Assembly (NCBI RefSeq): GCF_988242995.1
Contig: NZ_OZ547043.1
DNA length: 64,000 nucleotides
Strand: one strand, 5' to 3'
A program made the position numbers and the translations under genes. The first letter of the stretch is position 1. Each line of letters opens with the position of its first letter. The notes beneath the pieces were generated by a model. The model was not told where the DNA came from, did no database searches, and saw nothing but the letters and a program-made list of their open reading frames with translations. Of the stretch, positions 33,743 through 43,897 are shown in pieces.

Positions 33743-34693
33743 ATGAAAGAACTTGTGGTCGTTGCCATTGGTGGCAACAGCATTATCAAAGATAACGCCA
33801 GCCAGTCGATTGAGCATCAGGCGGAGGCGGTGAAAGCCGTCGCCGATACGGTGCTGGAAATGCTGGCTTCCGATTACGACATTGTGCTGACCCACGGCAA
33901 CGGACCGCAGGTCGGTTTGGATTTACGCCGCGCGGAGATTGCCCACGAGCGCGAAGGGCTGCCCTTAACGCCGCTGGCGAACTGTGTGGCGGATACGCAA
34001 GGCGGCATTGGCTACTTGATCCAACAGGCGCTGAATAACCGACTGGCGCGTCACGGTGAGAAAAAAGCCGTCACCGTGGTGACTCAGGTGGAAGTGGATA
34101 AAAACGATCCGGGTTTTGCTCATCCCACCAAGCCCATCGGCGCATTCTTCAGTGAAAGCCAGCGTGACGAATTACAAAAGGCAAACCCTGACTGGCGTTT
34201 TGTTGAAGATGCCGGACGGGGCTATCGCCGCGTGGTCGCCTCGCCGGAACCGAAACGTATTGTCGAAGCACCTGCCATTAAGGCGCTGATCCAACAAGGT
34301 TTTGTGGTGATTGGCGCGGGCGGCGGTGGAATTCCGGTGGTGTGCAGTGAAGCGGGGGATTACCAAAGCGTGGACGCGGTTATCGACAAAGATCTCTCTA
34401 CCGCGCTATTGGCCCGTGAAATTCACGCCGACATTCTGGTGATCACCACCGGCGTCGAAAAAGTGTGTATTCACTTTGGCAAGCCGCAGCAGCAGGCGCT
34501 GGATCGGGTGGATATTGCCACCATGACCCGCTATATGCAGGAAGGGCATTTCCCGCCTGGCAGCATGTTGCCAAAAATCATCGCCAGCCTGACGTTCCTG
34601 GAGCAGGGCGGCAAAGAAGTGATTATCACCACGCCGGAATGCCTGCCTGCGGCGCTGCGCGGTGAAACAGGCACACATATTATTAAAACGTAA
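33743..34693 (+). CDS. yahI: carbamate kinase
   Basis: ORF 33569..34693; start set to MKELVVVAIGGNSI (ATG 33743); carbamate/amino-acid kinase signatures (LTHGNGPQVG, GGGGIPV). Confidence 0.85.
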   Translation: MKELVVVAIGGNSIIKDNASQSIEHQAEAVKAVADTVLEMLASDYDIVLTHGNGPQVGLDLRRAEIAHEREGLPLTPLANCVADTQGGIGYLIQQALNNRLARHGEKKAVTVVTQVEVDKNDPGFAHPTKPIGAFFSESQRDELQKANPDWRFVEDAGRGYRRVVASPEPKRIVEAPAIKALIQQGFVVIGAGGGGIPVVCSEAGDYQSVDAVIDKDLSTALLAREIHADILVITTGVEKVCIHFGKPQQQALDRVDIATMTRYMQEGHFPPGSMLPKIIASLTFLEQGGKEVIITTPECLPAALRGETGTHIIKT

Positions 34694-34702
34694 GGACGTA
34701 AG

Positions 34703-36085
34703 ATGAAAAAAAACAATAGCCGCCGTGAGTTTCTGAGCCAGAGCTGTAAGATGGTCACCGCCGCCGCGCTGTTTGGTACCTCTGTGCCGCTCGCCCATGC
34801 GGCAGTCTCTGGCACCCTAAACTGCGACGCGAATAACACCATGAAAATCACTGACCCGCACTACTATCTCGACAACGTGCTGCTGGAAACCGGTTTTGAC
34901 TACGAAAACGGTGTGGCGGTACAGACCCGCACGGCGCACCAGACCGTAGAGATTCAGAACGGCAAAATTGTTGCCCTGCGCGAGAACAAGCAGCATCCGG
35001 ACGCCACGCTGCCGCACTATGACGCTGGCGGTAAGCTGATGCTGCCCACCACCCGCGACATGCATATTCATCTCGACAAAACCTTTTACGGCGGGCCGTG
35101 GCGCTCGCTCAATCGCCCGGCAGGCACCACCATCCAGGACATGATCAAACTCGAGCAGAAAATGCTGCCGGAGCTGCAACCGTACACTCAGGAACGAGCG
35201 GAAAAACTGATCGATTTATTGCAGTCGAAAGGCACTACCATTGCCCGCAGCCACTGCAATATCGAACCGGTTTCCGGCCTGAAAAATCTGCAAAATTTGC
35301 AGGCGGTGCTGGCGCGACGTCAGGCGGGCTTCGAGTGTGAAATTGTCGCCTTCCCGCAGCACGGTTTGCTGCTGTCGAAATCGGAACCCTTAATGCGTGA
35401 AGCGATGCAGGCGGGGGCGCATTACGTCGGCGGTCTGGATCCGACCAGTGTTGATGGCGCGATGGAAAAATCCCTCGATACCATGTTCCAGATTGCGCTG
35501 GACTACGACAAAGGCGTTGATATTCACCTGCACGAAACCACTCCGGCAGGCGTGGCAGCCATCAATTATATGGTTGAAACGGTGGAGAAAACGCCGCAAC
35601 TGAAGGGCAAGCTGACCATCAGCCACGCCTTTGCGCTGGCAACGCTCAATGAGCAACAGGTAGATGAACTGGCGCACCGGATGGCGGCGCAGCAAATTTC
35701 TATCGCCTCGACGGTGCCGATTGGCACGCTGCATATGCCGCTCAAACAGTTGCACGACAAAGGCGTAAAAGTGATGACCGGCACCGACAGCGTTATCGAC
35801 CACTGGTCGCCTTACGGCCTGGGCGACATGCTGGAAAAAGCCAATCTGTACGCGCAGCTCTATATTCGTCCTAACGAACAGAACCTCTCCCGCTCGCTGT
35901 TTTTAGCCACTGGCGATGTATTGCCGCTCAACGAAAAAGGCGAGCGCGTGTGGCCCAAAGCGCAGGATGATGCCAGCTTTGTGCTGGTGGACGCCTCCTG
36001 TTCCGCCGAGGCGGTGGCGCGTATCTCGCCGAGAACGGCGACGTTCCATAAAGGGCAACTGGTGTGGGGGAGTGTGGCAGGTTGA
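34703..36085 (+). CDS. yahJ: amidohydrolase-superfamily deaminase with twin-arginine (Tat) signal peptide
   Basis: 460 aa; N-terminus MKKNNSRREFLSQSCKMVTAAALFGTSVPLAHAA (RR-x-FL plus AxA site); metal-binding HxH (MHIHLDKT). Confidence 0.85.
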   Translation: MKKNNSRREFLSQSCKMVTAAALFGTSVPLAHAAVSGTLNCDANNTMKITDPHYYLDNVLLETGFDYENGVAVQTRTAHQTVEIQNGKIVALRENKQHPDATLPHYDAGGKLMLPTTRDMHIHLDKTFYGGPWRSLNRPAGTTIQDMIKLEQKMLPELQPYTQERAEKLIDLLQSKGTTIARSHCNIEPVSGLKNLQNLQAVLARRQAGFECEIVAFPQHGLLLSKSEPLMREAMQAGAHYVGGLDPTSVDGAMEKSLDTMFQIALDYDKGVDIHLHETTPAGVAAINYMVETVEKTPQLKGKLTISHAFALATLNEQQVDELAHRMAAQQISIASTVPIGTLHMPLKQLHDKGVKVMTGTDSVIDHWSPYGLGDMLEKANLYAQLYIRPNEQNLSRSLFLATGDVLPLNEKGERVWPKAQDDASFVLVDASCSAEAVARISPRTATFHKGQLVWGSVAG

Positions 36086-36379
36086 TACGCATTTGAAACG
36101 CCTGCAATGGTGAATCGTAAGAGATTTAAAGCCCCAGGGAGTGGGGCGGGAATGGTTTGTTAATGAATGATCCTGAACTTTATAATCTCCCGGCATAATT
36201 TCCAGGGGATTATTTGAGAGAAATACACAAAAGTGAGTTTTAACAATATTTATCAAGCCATAAATGTGACCTGCTTCGGATAAAAAAGATTAAAAATAGA
36301 AAAACCAATGATACTCTTGCTGATGGTTATCAACAGTAATTAAGATGTGATTTTTTTCCGTAATCGCGAAAATATTCTC

Positions 36380-36790
36380 ATGACCATAAAAGAAAAAATC
36401 TCACAAAAATATCCCCATGCTTCCTTTTGTACTTTTGGCGATTCAGCAGCGTTGGCCGATCACCTCGCAACGTTGATTGCGACAGGTGTTAAAACAGCTT
36501 CCTGTGGTTCGCTGGCGGGATGTATTGAAGACAACGCATTTCCGATGATTGGTGAGTATAAGATTGTAGAAAATAGCCGTGGTGAGCCTGTCTGTGTTAT
36601 CAGAGTGATTGGCCTGCATTTACTGCGCTTTTCTGATGTCACCGCGGAGCTTGCCCGTAAGGAAGGTGAAGGTGACCTCAGTCTTGAATATTGGCGTAAT
36701 GAACACCGTCGTTTTTTCCAGGCAGAAGGATGCTATTCACCCGAAATGGACGTTATCTTTGAAGAATATGCCCTTATTGACGTTGTGTAG
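36380..36790 (+). CDS. ASCH-domain (PUA-like) protein
   Basis: ORF 36347..36790; start set to MTIKEK; FGDSAALADHLATLIATGVKTASCGS resembles ASCH N-terminal signature. Domain call from motif recall only. Confidence 0.55.
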   Translation: MTIKEKISQKYPHASFCTFGDSAALADHLATLIATGVKTASCGSLAGCIEDNAFPMIGEYKIVENSRGEPVCVIRVIGLHLLRFSDVTAELARKEGEGDLSLEYWRNEHRRFFQAEGCYSPEMDVIFEEYALIDVV

Positions 36791-37040
36791 ATAACTATTT
36801 TTCTACGCGAAATAAGCTCACAAACATAAAGTATCGCTAATTTTGTTTATTTTGCTGTTTTTTACGTGATGATTGTCACACTTATTGTTACTGCCCGTTT
36901 TGTCCATATTTATAACCAAATTTTTAATAGCTGCCTGAAATAGGGCTGTTTATTCTGCATAAAAATATTCGAAAATTCTTATTCTCTCCAGCGCGCTAAT
37001 TTGGGCGAACACTTCCTGACTACCCTGCAATGAGGCTGAA

Positions 37041-38027
37041 ATGATGAATAAACGTTTTGTTATCAATATGGTGTCTTCGCTGTTATTAGGCGCTGCGCTA
37101 ATTTCTGCGCCGCTCCAGGCAGCGGAAAAAGTCGTGGTGAATATCTCTAAAGTCGATGGTATGCCGTGGTTTAATCGCATGGGCGAAGGTGTGGTCGAGG
37201 CGGGTAAAGCCTTTGGTGTTAATGCGTCACAGGTGGGGCCTTCAAGTACTGATGCTCCGCAACAGGTTAAAATCATTGAGGATTTAATCGCCCGTAAGGT
37301 TAATGCAATTACAATTGTGCCAAACGATGCCAACGTGCTGGAACCGGTATTCAAAAAAGCGCGAGATGCCGGAATTGTGGTTCTGACCAACGAATCCCCC
37401 GGTCAGCCAAGTGCTAACTGGGATATCGAAATCATTGATAACGAAAAATTTGCCGCTGAATATGTTGAGCATATGGCGAAACGCATGGGTGGCAAGGGCG
37501 GCTATGTGATTTACGTGGGTAGTTTGACCGTGCCGCAGCATAACTTATGGGCTGACTTGCTGGTGAAATACCAGAAAGAGCATTACCCGGATATGCATGA
37601 AGTTACCCGCCGCATGCCGGTTGCCGAGAGTGTGGATGACTCACGTCGTACCACACTGGACCTCATGAAAACCTATCCTGACTTGAAAGCGGTTGTCTCC
37701 TTTGGTTCAAACGGTCCGATTGGCGCGGGACGTGCAGTGAAAGAGAAACGGGCGAAAAATAAAGTCGCAGTCTATGGCATGATGATCCCTTCACAGGCGG
37801 CATCACTGATTAAAAGTGGTGATATCACCGAAGGGATTACTTACGATCCGGCCTCTGCAGGTTACGCACTCGCGGCCGTCGCCAGCACGTTGCTGAAGGG
37901 TGAAGAGATCAAACCTGGATTAGAAATGGAGAATCTCGGTAAGGCCGACGTAGATATGGATAAGCGAATTATCCGTTTCCATAAGGTATTACTGGTCAAC
38001 AAAGACAATATCGACTCACTTTATTAA
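37041..38027 (+). CDS. periplasmic substrate-binding protein of a CUT2 (ribose/AI-2-type) ABC transporter
   Basis: 328 aa; signal peptide MMNKRFVINMVSSLLLGAALISAPLQAAEK; type-I PBP features. Confidence 0.8.
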   Translation: MMNKRFVINMVSSLLLGAALISAPLQAAEKVVVNISKVDGMPWFNRMGEGVVEAGKAFGVNASQVGPSSTDAPQQVKIIEDLIARKVNAITIVPNDANVLEPVFKKARDAGIVVLTNESPGQPSANWDIEIIDNEKFAAEYVEHMAKRMGGKGGYVIYVGSLTVPQHNLWADLLVKYQKEHYPDMHEVTRRMPVAESVDDSRRTTLDLMKTYPDLKAVVSFGSNGPIGAGRAVKEKRAKNKVAVYGMMIPSQAASLIKSGDITEGITYDPASAGYALAAVASTLLKGEEIKPGLEMENLGKADVDMDKRIIRFHKVLLVNKDNIDSLY

Positions 38028-38075
38028 TCCATTTCTTCGGGGCGAAAGCCCCGATTCTTATTGCCAGGGGATGCT

Positions 38076-39560
38076 ATGGAAACCTTCCTTTCCCTTCGTC
38101 ATATCAACAAAACGTTTCATGCCACGCGAGCGCTGCGCGATGTTTCTCTCGACTTTATGTCGGGTGAGGTGCACTGCCTTGCCGGGCAAAACGGCTGTGG
38201 TAAATCGACGTTGATTAAAATTATGTCCGGTGTTTATCGCCCGGATGAGGGGGCGGAAATTACGCTTGGTGGGAAAAACTGGTCAAAGCTGACACCCGCC
38301 GCTTCGGTGGCGCAGGGGATTCAGGTGATTTATCAGGACCTCTCTTTATTTCCTAACCTGAGTGTCTGGGAGAATATCGCCGTGAATCACTATCACCACG
38401 GTCTGTTTGTTAACCGCCGTCGTCTGCGTGAGGTGGCGCAGGCGGCAATGACCAGTATTAACGTCACATTGCCACTGGATACGCTCGTTTCTGAGCTTTC
38501 AATTGCCCGCTGTCAGCTGGTGGCAATTTGCCGTGCACTGGCGCAGGACGCACGGTTGATCGTGATGGATGAACCAACCGCTTCGCTGACCCATCAGGAA
38601 GTGCAAGGGTTATTACAGGTGGTGCATCAATTGCGGGAACGCGGGATCTGCGTGGTCTTCGTCAGTCATCGTCTGGAAGAAGTGATGGAAGTTTCCGACC
38701 GTATTTCAGTGCTGAAAGATGGTGAGCTGGTCGGGACCTTTCCGGCCGCAGAGATGACCACAAAACAACTCAGTTTTCTGATGACCGGCCAGGAGTTCGA
38801 ATATCAGGTACGAGAGTTGTGGCAGGGAAAATCCAGCACCCCGGTGCTGGAGGTGCGTAATTTAAGTCGTCATGGGGAATATCAAAATATTAACTTGCGG
38901 GTGGAAGCGGGCGAAGTGGTGTCGATTGTTGGCCTGCTTGGTGCGGGGCGCACGGAATTATGTCTGAGTCTGTTTGGTATGACCCGACCGGATGCTGGTG
39001 AGATCCTCATCAACGGTCAGCCGGTTACACTGCATAGTAACCAGGACGCCATCCGCCACGGTATTGGTTATGTTTCGGAAGATCGCATGTCGCGCGGTTT
39101 GGTGATGGCGCAATCTATTGAAGACAACATCATTAGCACTGTTTTTCACAAGGTAAAAGATCGCTTCGGCTTTCTGAGTGAAGCTAAAGTGCGTGACCTG
39201 GTGGACAGGCTAATCAAGGCATTGACCATCAAAGTCTCTGACCCACATCTCCCGGTGAATACGCTTTCCGGGGGTAACGCGCAGCGAGTATCGATCGCCA
39301 AATGGCTGGCGATTGGGCCACGACTGTTGATTCTCGATAGCCCGACAGTCGGTGTTGATATCGCCAACAAAGCAGGAATATACGGCATTATCAGCGATCT
39401 GGCGGCTCATGGCATTGCGGTATTGATGATCTGCGATGAAATTGAAGAAGCGTGGTATCAAAGCCACCGGATTTTGGTAATGCAGAAAGGTCAGATCACC
39501 CATAGCTTCCTGCCTGACAGCAGTTCTCAGGCCAGGATTGCGGAGGTGGTAAATGGCTGA
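38076..39560 (+). CDS. ABC transporter ATPase with duplicated nucleotide-binding domains (RbsA-like)
   Basis: ORF 38061..39560; Walker A GQNGCGKST, signature LSGGNAQRV, Walker B LLILDSPT; start set to METFLSL. Confidence 0.8.
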   Translation: METFLSLRHINKTFHATRALRDVSLDFMSGEVHCLAGQNGCGKSTLIKIMSGVYRPDEGAEITLGGKNWSKLTPAASVAQGIQVIYQDLSLFPNLSVWENIAVNHYHHGLFVNRRRLREVAQAAMTSINVTLPLDTLVSELSIARCQLVAICRALAQDARLIVMDEPTASLTHQEVQGLLQVVHQLRERGICVVFVSHRLEEVMEVSDRISVLKDGELVGTFPAAEMTTKQLSFLMTGQEFEYQVRELWQGKSSTPVLEVRNLSRHGEYQNINLRVEAGEVVSIVGLLGAGRTELCLSLFGMTRPDAGEILINGQPVTLHSNQDAIRHGIGYVSEDRMSRGLVMAQSIEDNIISTVFHKVKDRFGFLSEAKVRDLVDRLIKALTIKVSDPHLPVNTLSGGNAQRVSIAKWLAIGPRLLILDSPTVGVDIANKAGIYGIISDLAAHGIAVLMICDEIEEAWYQSHRILVMQKGQITHSFLPDSSSQARIAEVVNG

Positions 39561-40524
39561 ACTGAAAAAACGTCATGAATTCTGGCTGGCATTACTGATT
39601 GTGGGGCTGTTTGTTGGCCTTGCCTGGCGCAGCGACGAGTTTCTGACATTCGGTAATTTGTACGATCTCGCCAATAACTATGCCATGTTGACTATTCTCG
39701 CCTGTGGTTTGTTTGTGGTGTTAATTTCCGGTGGGATTGATATTTCGTTTCCGGCAATGACCATCATTGCGCAATACGGCATGGTGCTGTTGCTGCAAAA
39801 AATTGGTGGCAACTTTGCTGTCGCGTTTGCACTGGCGGGCGGCATCGGCATTTTACTTGGCTTAATAAACGCCTTACTGGTTAATCGCCTACGGGTGCCG
39901 TCTATCATCATCACCATTTCGACGCTGAATATTTTCTATGGCCTGCTGTTATGGTTGAGTAAAGGTGTGTGGCTGTACGACTTTCCGCCGTGGTTTGAGC
40001 AGGGGGTAATGTTGTTCAAGTACACCGATGCTGACGGCTATGACTATGGCCTTGGTCTGCCGCTGATCGCCATGATTACGGTGGTGCTGCTAACAGCGTT
40101 TATCATGAATTTCACCAGTGTAGGGCGCAAAATTTATGCCCTTGGCGGGAACCGTGAATCAGCCAGTCGCATCGGCTTTAGCGTGCTGAAACTGCAACTT
40201 TTCGTTTACGGCTATATGGGATTGATGTCTGGTGCTGCGGGTGTAGTGCAGTCGTGGACGGTGATGACTGTCGCCCCCGATTCTCTTCTGGGTTATGAGC
40301 TGACAGTACTGGCTGCGGTGGTGCTTGGCGGCACTAGTTTGCTCGGCGGGCGCGGCACGTTAACCGGTACTTTGCTCGGCGTGGTGTTGTTGGCAGTGAT
40401 GCAAAACGGGCTAAATTTATTGGGAGTCTCGTCTTACTGGCAAACATTGATCACCGGCATCATCATCGTTGCCAGCATTAGTGCCACGGCGTGGAGTCAG
40501 CATCAGAACCGGAGTCTGCTATGA
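39553..40524 (+). CDS. ABC transporter permease (RbsC-like)
   Basis: 323-aa polytopic ORF; start overlaps ATPase stop by 8 nt. Confidence 0.8.
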   Translation: MAELKKRHEFWLALLIVGLFVGLAWRSDEFLTFGNLYDLANNYAMLTILACGLFVVLISGGIDISFPAMTIIAQYGMVLLLQKIGGNFAVAFALAGGIGILLGLINALLVNRLRVPSIIITISTLNIFYGLLLWLSKGVWLYDFPPWFEQGVMLFKYTDADGYDYGLGLPLIAMITVVLLTAFIMNFTSVGRKIYALGGNRESASRIGFSVLKLQLFVYGYMGLMSGAAGVVQSWTVMTVAPDSLLGYELTVLAAVVLGGTSLLGGRGTLTGTLLGVVLLAVMQNGLNLLGVSSYWQTLITGIIIVASISATAWSQHQNRSLL

Positions 40525-41477
40525 AAAAATCGTGGCGTAACAACGTTGAGTTTTACTTGATCGGCCTGCTGGTGCTAACTGTTGCAGCCTTCAGCATTAC
40601 TATGCCGGAGATTTTCTGGTCGATAAGTAATTTCCAGTCCGTCGCTTCGCAAATGCCCGTGCTGGGCATTCTGGCGTTGGCTATGGCGGTGACCATGCTT
40701 TGCGGTGGCATTAACTTGTCAATTATTGCCACTGCTAACGCCTGTTCACTGGTAATGGCGTGGGTGGCGACTCAGTATCCACCGGGTATTGCTACGGTTG
40801 TCGCTACGCTGCTGGCGGGCGCTGGCGCGGCGGTGATAATCGGTTTATGTAACGGCGTATTGATTGCTGGTATTCGAGTGTCGCCAATTCTTGCAACGCT
40901 TGGGATGATGACGTTGCTCAAAGGGGTAAATATTCTGGTGACAGGCGGTAGCGCCATTGCCAATTATCCCTCATGGGTGCTGTGGTTGAATCATGCGCAA
41001 TGGTTCGGTATTCCGCTACCGATGTGGTTGTTTGCCGCAGTGGCACTGGGGCTGTGGATATTGCTGGAGAAAACGCCGCTCGGTAAAGCCATTTATCTGA
41101 TTGGTTCTAACGAACGAGCAACACTTTACTCCGGTATTAACACTCGTCGGGTGCTGATATGGGTGTATGTCATTTCCGCCTTACTTTGTGCGGTAGCGGC
41201 ATTTTTGATGATGTCGAAACTCAACTCGGCTAAGGCCTCTTATGGCGAATCGTACTTGCTGGTGTCAATCCTCGCGGCAGTACTCGGCGGGGTTAATCCG
41301 GACGGCGGCAGCGGGCGGATAATTGGTATGGTGCTGGCGCTGTTTCTTCTGCAAATTATTGAAAGCGGCTTCAATATTCTCGGTATAAGCCCCTACCTGA
41401 CGATGGCCTTATGGGGAACGTTGCTGCTCTGTTTCATTCAGGCTCGCGGCATGTTGGGGCTGGATCGGGTGGTTTAA
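40521..41477 (+). CDS. ABC transporter permease (RbsC-like), second copy
   Basis: ORF 40491..41477; start set to MKKSWRNN (ATG 40521) forming an ATGA overlap with the upstream stop. Confidence 0.8.
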   Translation: MKKSWRNNVEFYLIGLLVLTVAAFSITMPEIFWSISNFQSVASQMPVLGILALAMAVTMLCGGINLSIIATANACSLVMAWVATQYPPGIATVVATLLAGAGAAVIIGLCNGVLIAGIRVSPILATLGMMTLLKGVNILVTGGSAIANYPSWVLWLNHAQWFGIPLPMWLFAAVALGLWILLEKTPLGKAIYLIGSNERATLYSGINTRRVLIWVYVISALLCAVAAFLMMSKLNSAKASYGESYLLVSILAAVLGGVNPDGGSGRIIGMVLALFLLQIIESGFNILGISPYLTMALWGTLLLCFIQARGMLGLDRVV

Positions 41478-41563
41478 ATATTGGCTATATTCAATGGACG
41501 CGTTTTGCCGCGATGACATATCAGGCATCGCCAAATACACATAGCTAATCAGGAGTAAACACA

Positions 41564-42613
41564 ATGAAGATCAAAGCTGTTGGTGCATATTCCGCTAAAC
41601 AACCGCTGGAACCGATGGATATTACCAGGCGTGAACCGGGACCGCATGATGTCAAAATTGAAATCGCTTACTGTGGCGTCTGCCATTCCGATCTCCACCA
41701 GGTCCGTTCCGAGTGGGCGGGGACGGTTTACCCCTGCGTGCCGGGTCATGAAATTGTGGGGCGTGTGGTAGCCGTTGGTGATCAGGTAGAAAAACATGCG
41801 CCGGGCGATCTGGTTGGTGTCGGCTGTATTGTCGACAGTTGTAAACATTGCGAAGAGTGTGAAGACGGGCTGGAAAACTACTGTGATCACATGACCGGCA
41901 CCTATAACTCGCCGACGCCGGACGAACCGGGCCATACTCTGGGCGGCTACTCACAACAGATCGTCGTTCATGAGCGATATGTTCTGCGTATTCGTCACCC
42001 GCAAGAGCAGCTGGCGGCGGTGGCACCTTTGTTGTGTGCAGGGATCACCACGTATTCGCCGCTACGTCACTGGCAGGTCGGTCCGGGTAAAAAAGTGGGC
42101 GTGGTCGGCATCGGCGGTCTGGGACATATGGGGATTAAGCTGGCCCACGCGATGGGGGCGCATGTGGTGGCATTTACCACTTCTGAGTCAAAACGCGAAG
42201 CGGCAAAAGCCCTGGGGGCCGATGAAGTTGTTAACTCACGCAATGCCGATGAGATGGCGGCTCATGTGAAGAGTTTCGATTTCATTTTGAATACAGTAGC
42301 TGCGCCACATAATCTCGACGATTTTACCACCTTGCTGAAGCGTGATGGCACCATGACGCTGGTTGGTGCGCCTGCGACACCGCATAAATCACCGGAAGTT
42401 TTCAACCTGATCATGAAACGCCGTGCGATAGCCGGTTCTATGATTGGCGGCATTCCAGAAACACAGGAGATGCTCGATTTTTGCGCCGAACATGGCATCG
42501 TGGCTGATATAGAGATGATTCGGGCCGATCAAATTAATGAAGCCTATGAGCGAATGCTGCGTGGTGATGTGAAATATCGTTTTGTTATCGATAATCGCAC
42601 ACTAACAGACTGA
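41564..42613 (+). CDS. yahK: NADPH-dependent aldehyde reductase, zinc-dependent MDR/ADH family
   Basis: 349 aa; GVCHSDLH and GHEIVGRV zinc motifs, GIGGLGHMG NAD(P)-binding motif. Confidence 0.9.
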   Translation: MKIKAVGAYSAKQPLEPMDITRREPGPHDVKIEIAYCGVCHSDLHQVRSEWAGTVYPCVPGHEIVGRVVAVGDQVEKHAPGDLVGVGCIVDSCKHCEECEDGLENYCDHMTGTYNSPTPDEPGHTLGGYSQQIVVHERYVLRIRHPQEQLAAVAPLLCAGITTYSPLRHWQVGPGKKVGVVGIGGLGHMGIKLAHAMGAHVVAFTTSESKREAAKALGADEVVNSRNADEMAAHVKSFDFILNTVAAPHNLDDFTTLLKRDGTMTLVGAPATPHKSPEVFNLIMKRRAIAGSMIGGIPETQEMLDFCAEHGIVADIEMIRADQINEAYERMLRGDVKYRFVIDNRTLTD

Positions 42614-42648
42614 AAAAATTAATAAATATCCTGTGGTTTAACATATTA

Positions 42649-42690
42649 ATTTCGCTCTCCACTTAACTTTTTAGTTAAGGAGAGCGAAAT
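42649..42690. repeat. long inverted repeat downstream of yahK (12-bp outer stem plus inner 5-bp stem, T-rich loop)
   Basis: atttcgctctcc...ggagagcgaaat with nested ttaac/gttaa; no clear U-tract. Confidence 0.35.
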
Positions 42691-42855
42691 AATATCAAAG
42701 TAGCAGTAAAACCTATAACGTAAATTCAAATTGTTAAATTAACTCCCTCCAGGACACAATACTTCACACGTTAGTTATGAGCGATTTCTGATAGTGCATG
42801 GTTTAATCAGGGCTTTATTATCTGCGACGTTTATTTTTATTTAAGAGAGATCGCG

Positions 42856-43671
42856 ATGATATCATTAAAAGCTCCGCACAATAATTTGATGCCATATACG
42901 CAACAAAGCATACTTAATACAGTAAAAAACAATCAGTTACCAGAGGATATCAAAAGCTCCCTGGTTTCCTGTGTCGATATATTCAAGGTTTTGATTAAAC
43001 AATATTATGATTATCCTTATGATTGTCGTGATGATTTAGTCGATGACGACAAACTCATTCATCTCATGGCTGCCGTACGAGACTGTGAGTGGTCAGACGA
43101 TAACGCACTCACCATAAATGTGCAGTTTAATGATTTCCCAGGATTTTATGACTGGATGGATTACCCTGATCACCCGGTTAAGTTTGTTTTTCGCATACTT
43201 GAAAATCAAAAAGGGACAGTTTGGGTATATGACCAGGATGATGCGTTTCTTGATATTAAAGCAAATGTGCAGGCTGGACGCTTTACCGGGCTTAAGAAAT
43301 TAGTGCAGTTTATCGATTCAGTGCGAACAGATTGCAAATGTATTCTTCTTGAACACCATATGCCTTTGCTGAGACTTTTCCCTAAAGGGAAAGAGTGTAT
43401 GCATGTGGAAAAATGGCTTCGCGAAATGTCGTCTATTCCGGAGACCGACGCACCCATTAAGCAGGCGCTTGCGCATGGATTATTATTACACTTAAAAAAT
43501 ATCTACCCTGTTTTTCCTGAATCACTGGTGATGTTATTGCTCTCTGTTCTGGACGTAAAAACATACAGAGATGATGCGCGATTAAATCAATGGATATCTA
43601 ATAGAGTGCAGGAATTAGGTGACAGATATTATCCTGTAAATAAGCACGTTAAAATCCGCTACACTCTTTAG
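42856..43671 (+). CDS. yahL: uncharacterised protein
   Basis: 271-aa ORF; no recognisable domain; name from recalled K-12 synteny. Confidence 0.65.
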   Translation: MISLKAPHNNLMPYTQQSILNTVKNNQLPEDIKSSLVSCVDIFKVLIKQYYDYPYDCRDDLVDDDKLIHLMAAVRDCEWSDDNALTINVQFNDFPGFYDWMDYPDHPVKFVFRILENQKGTVWVYDQDDAFLDIKANVQAGRFTGLKKLVQFIDSVRTDCKCILLEHHMPLLRLFPKGKECMHVEKWLREMSSIPETDAPIKQALAHGLLLHLKNIYPVFPESLVMLLLSVLDVKTYRDDARLNQWISNRVQELGDRYYPVNKHVKIRYTL

Positions 43672-43897
43672 TTCAGAAAGGGTTCCACCTGCGAGTTGTT
43701 ATTCCACCAGAGAGTGAATCGCAAAGCAGGTGATCATTTCATCTGTATATCCGTATGCCAAATGGCATTCCACCGCCTTTTTCGCCGATATTTTGTTGTG
43801 ATCGGCGACACTTCGCTTAAAAAAGCATCAGCAGTGGTTTCGCAGCTATACGGTGTATAAAAAATGATCTCATGCAGATGTTTTGTGAATGTGTGGG

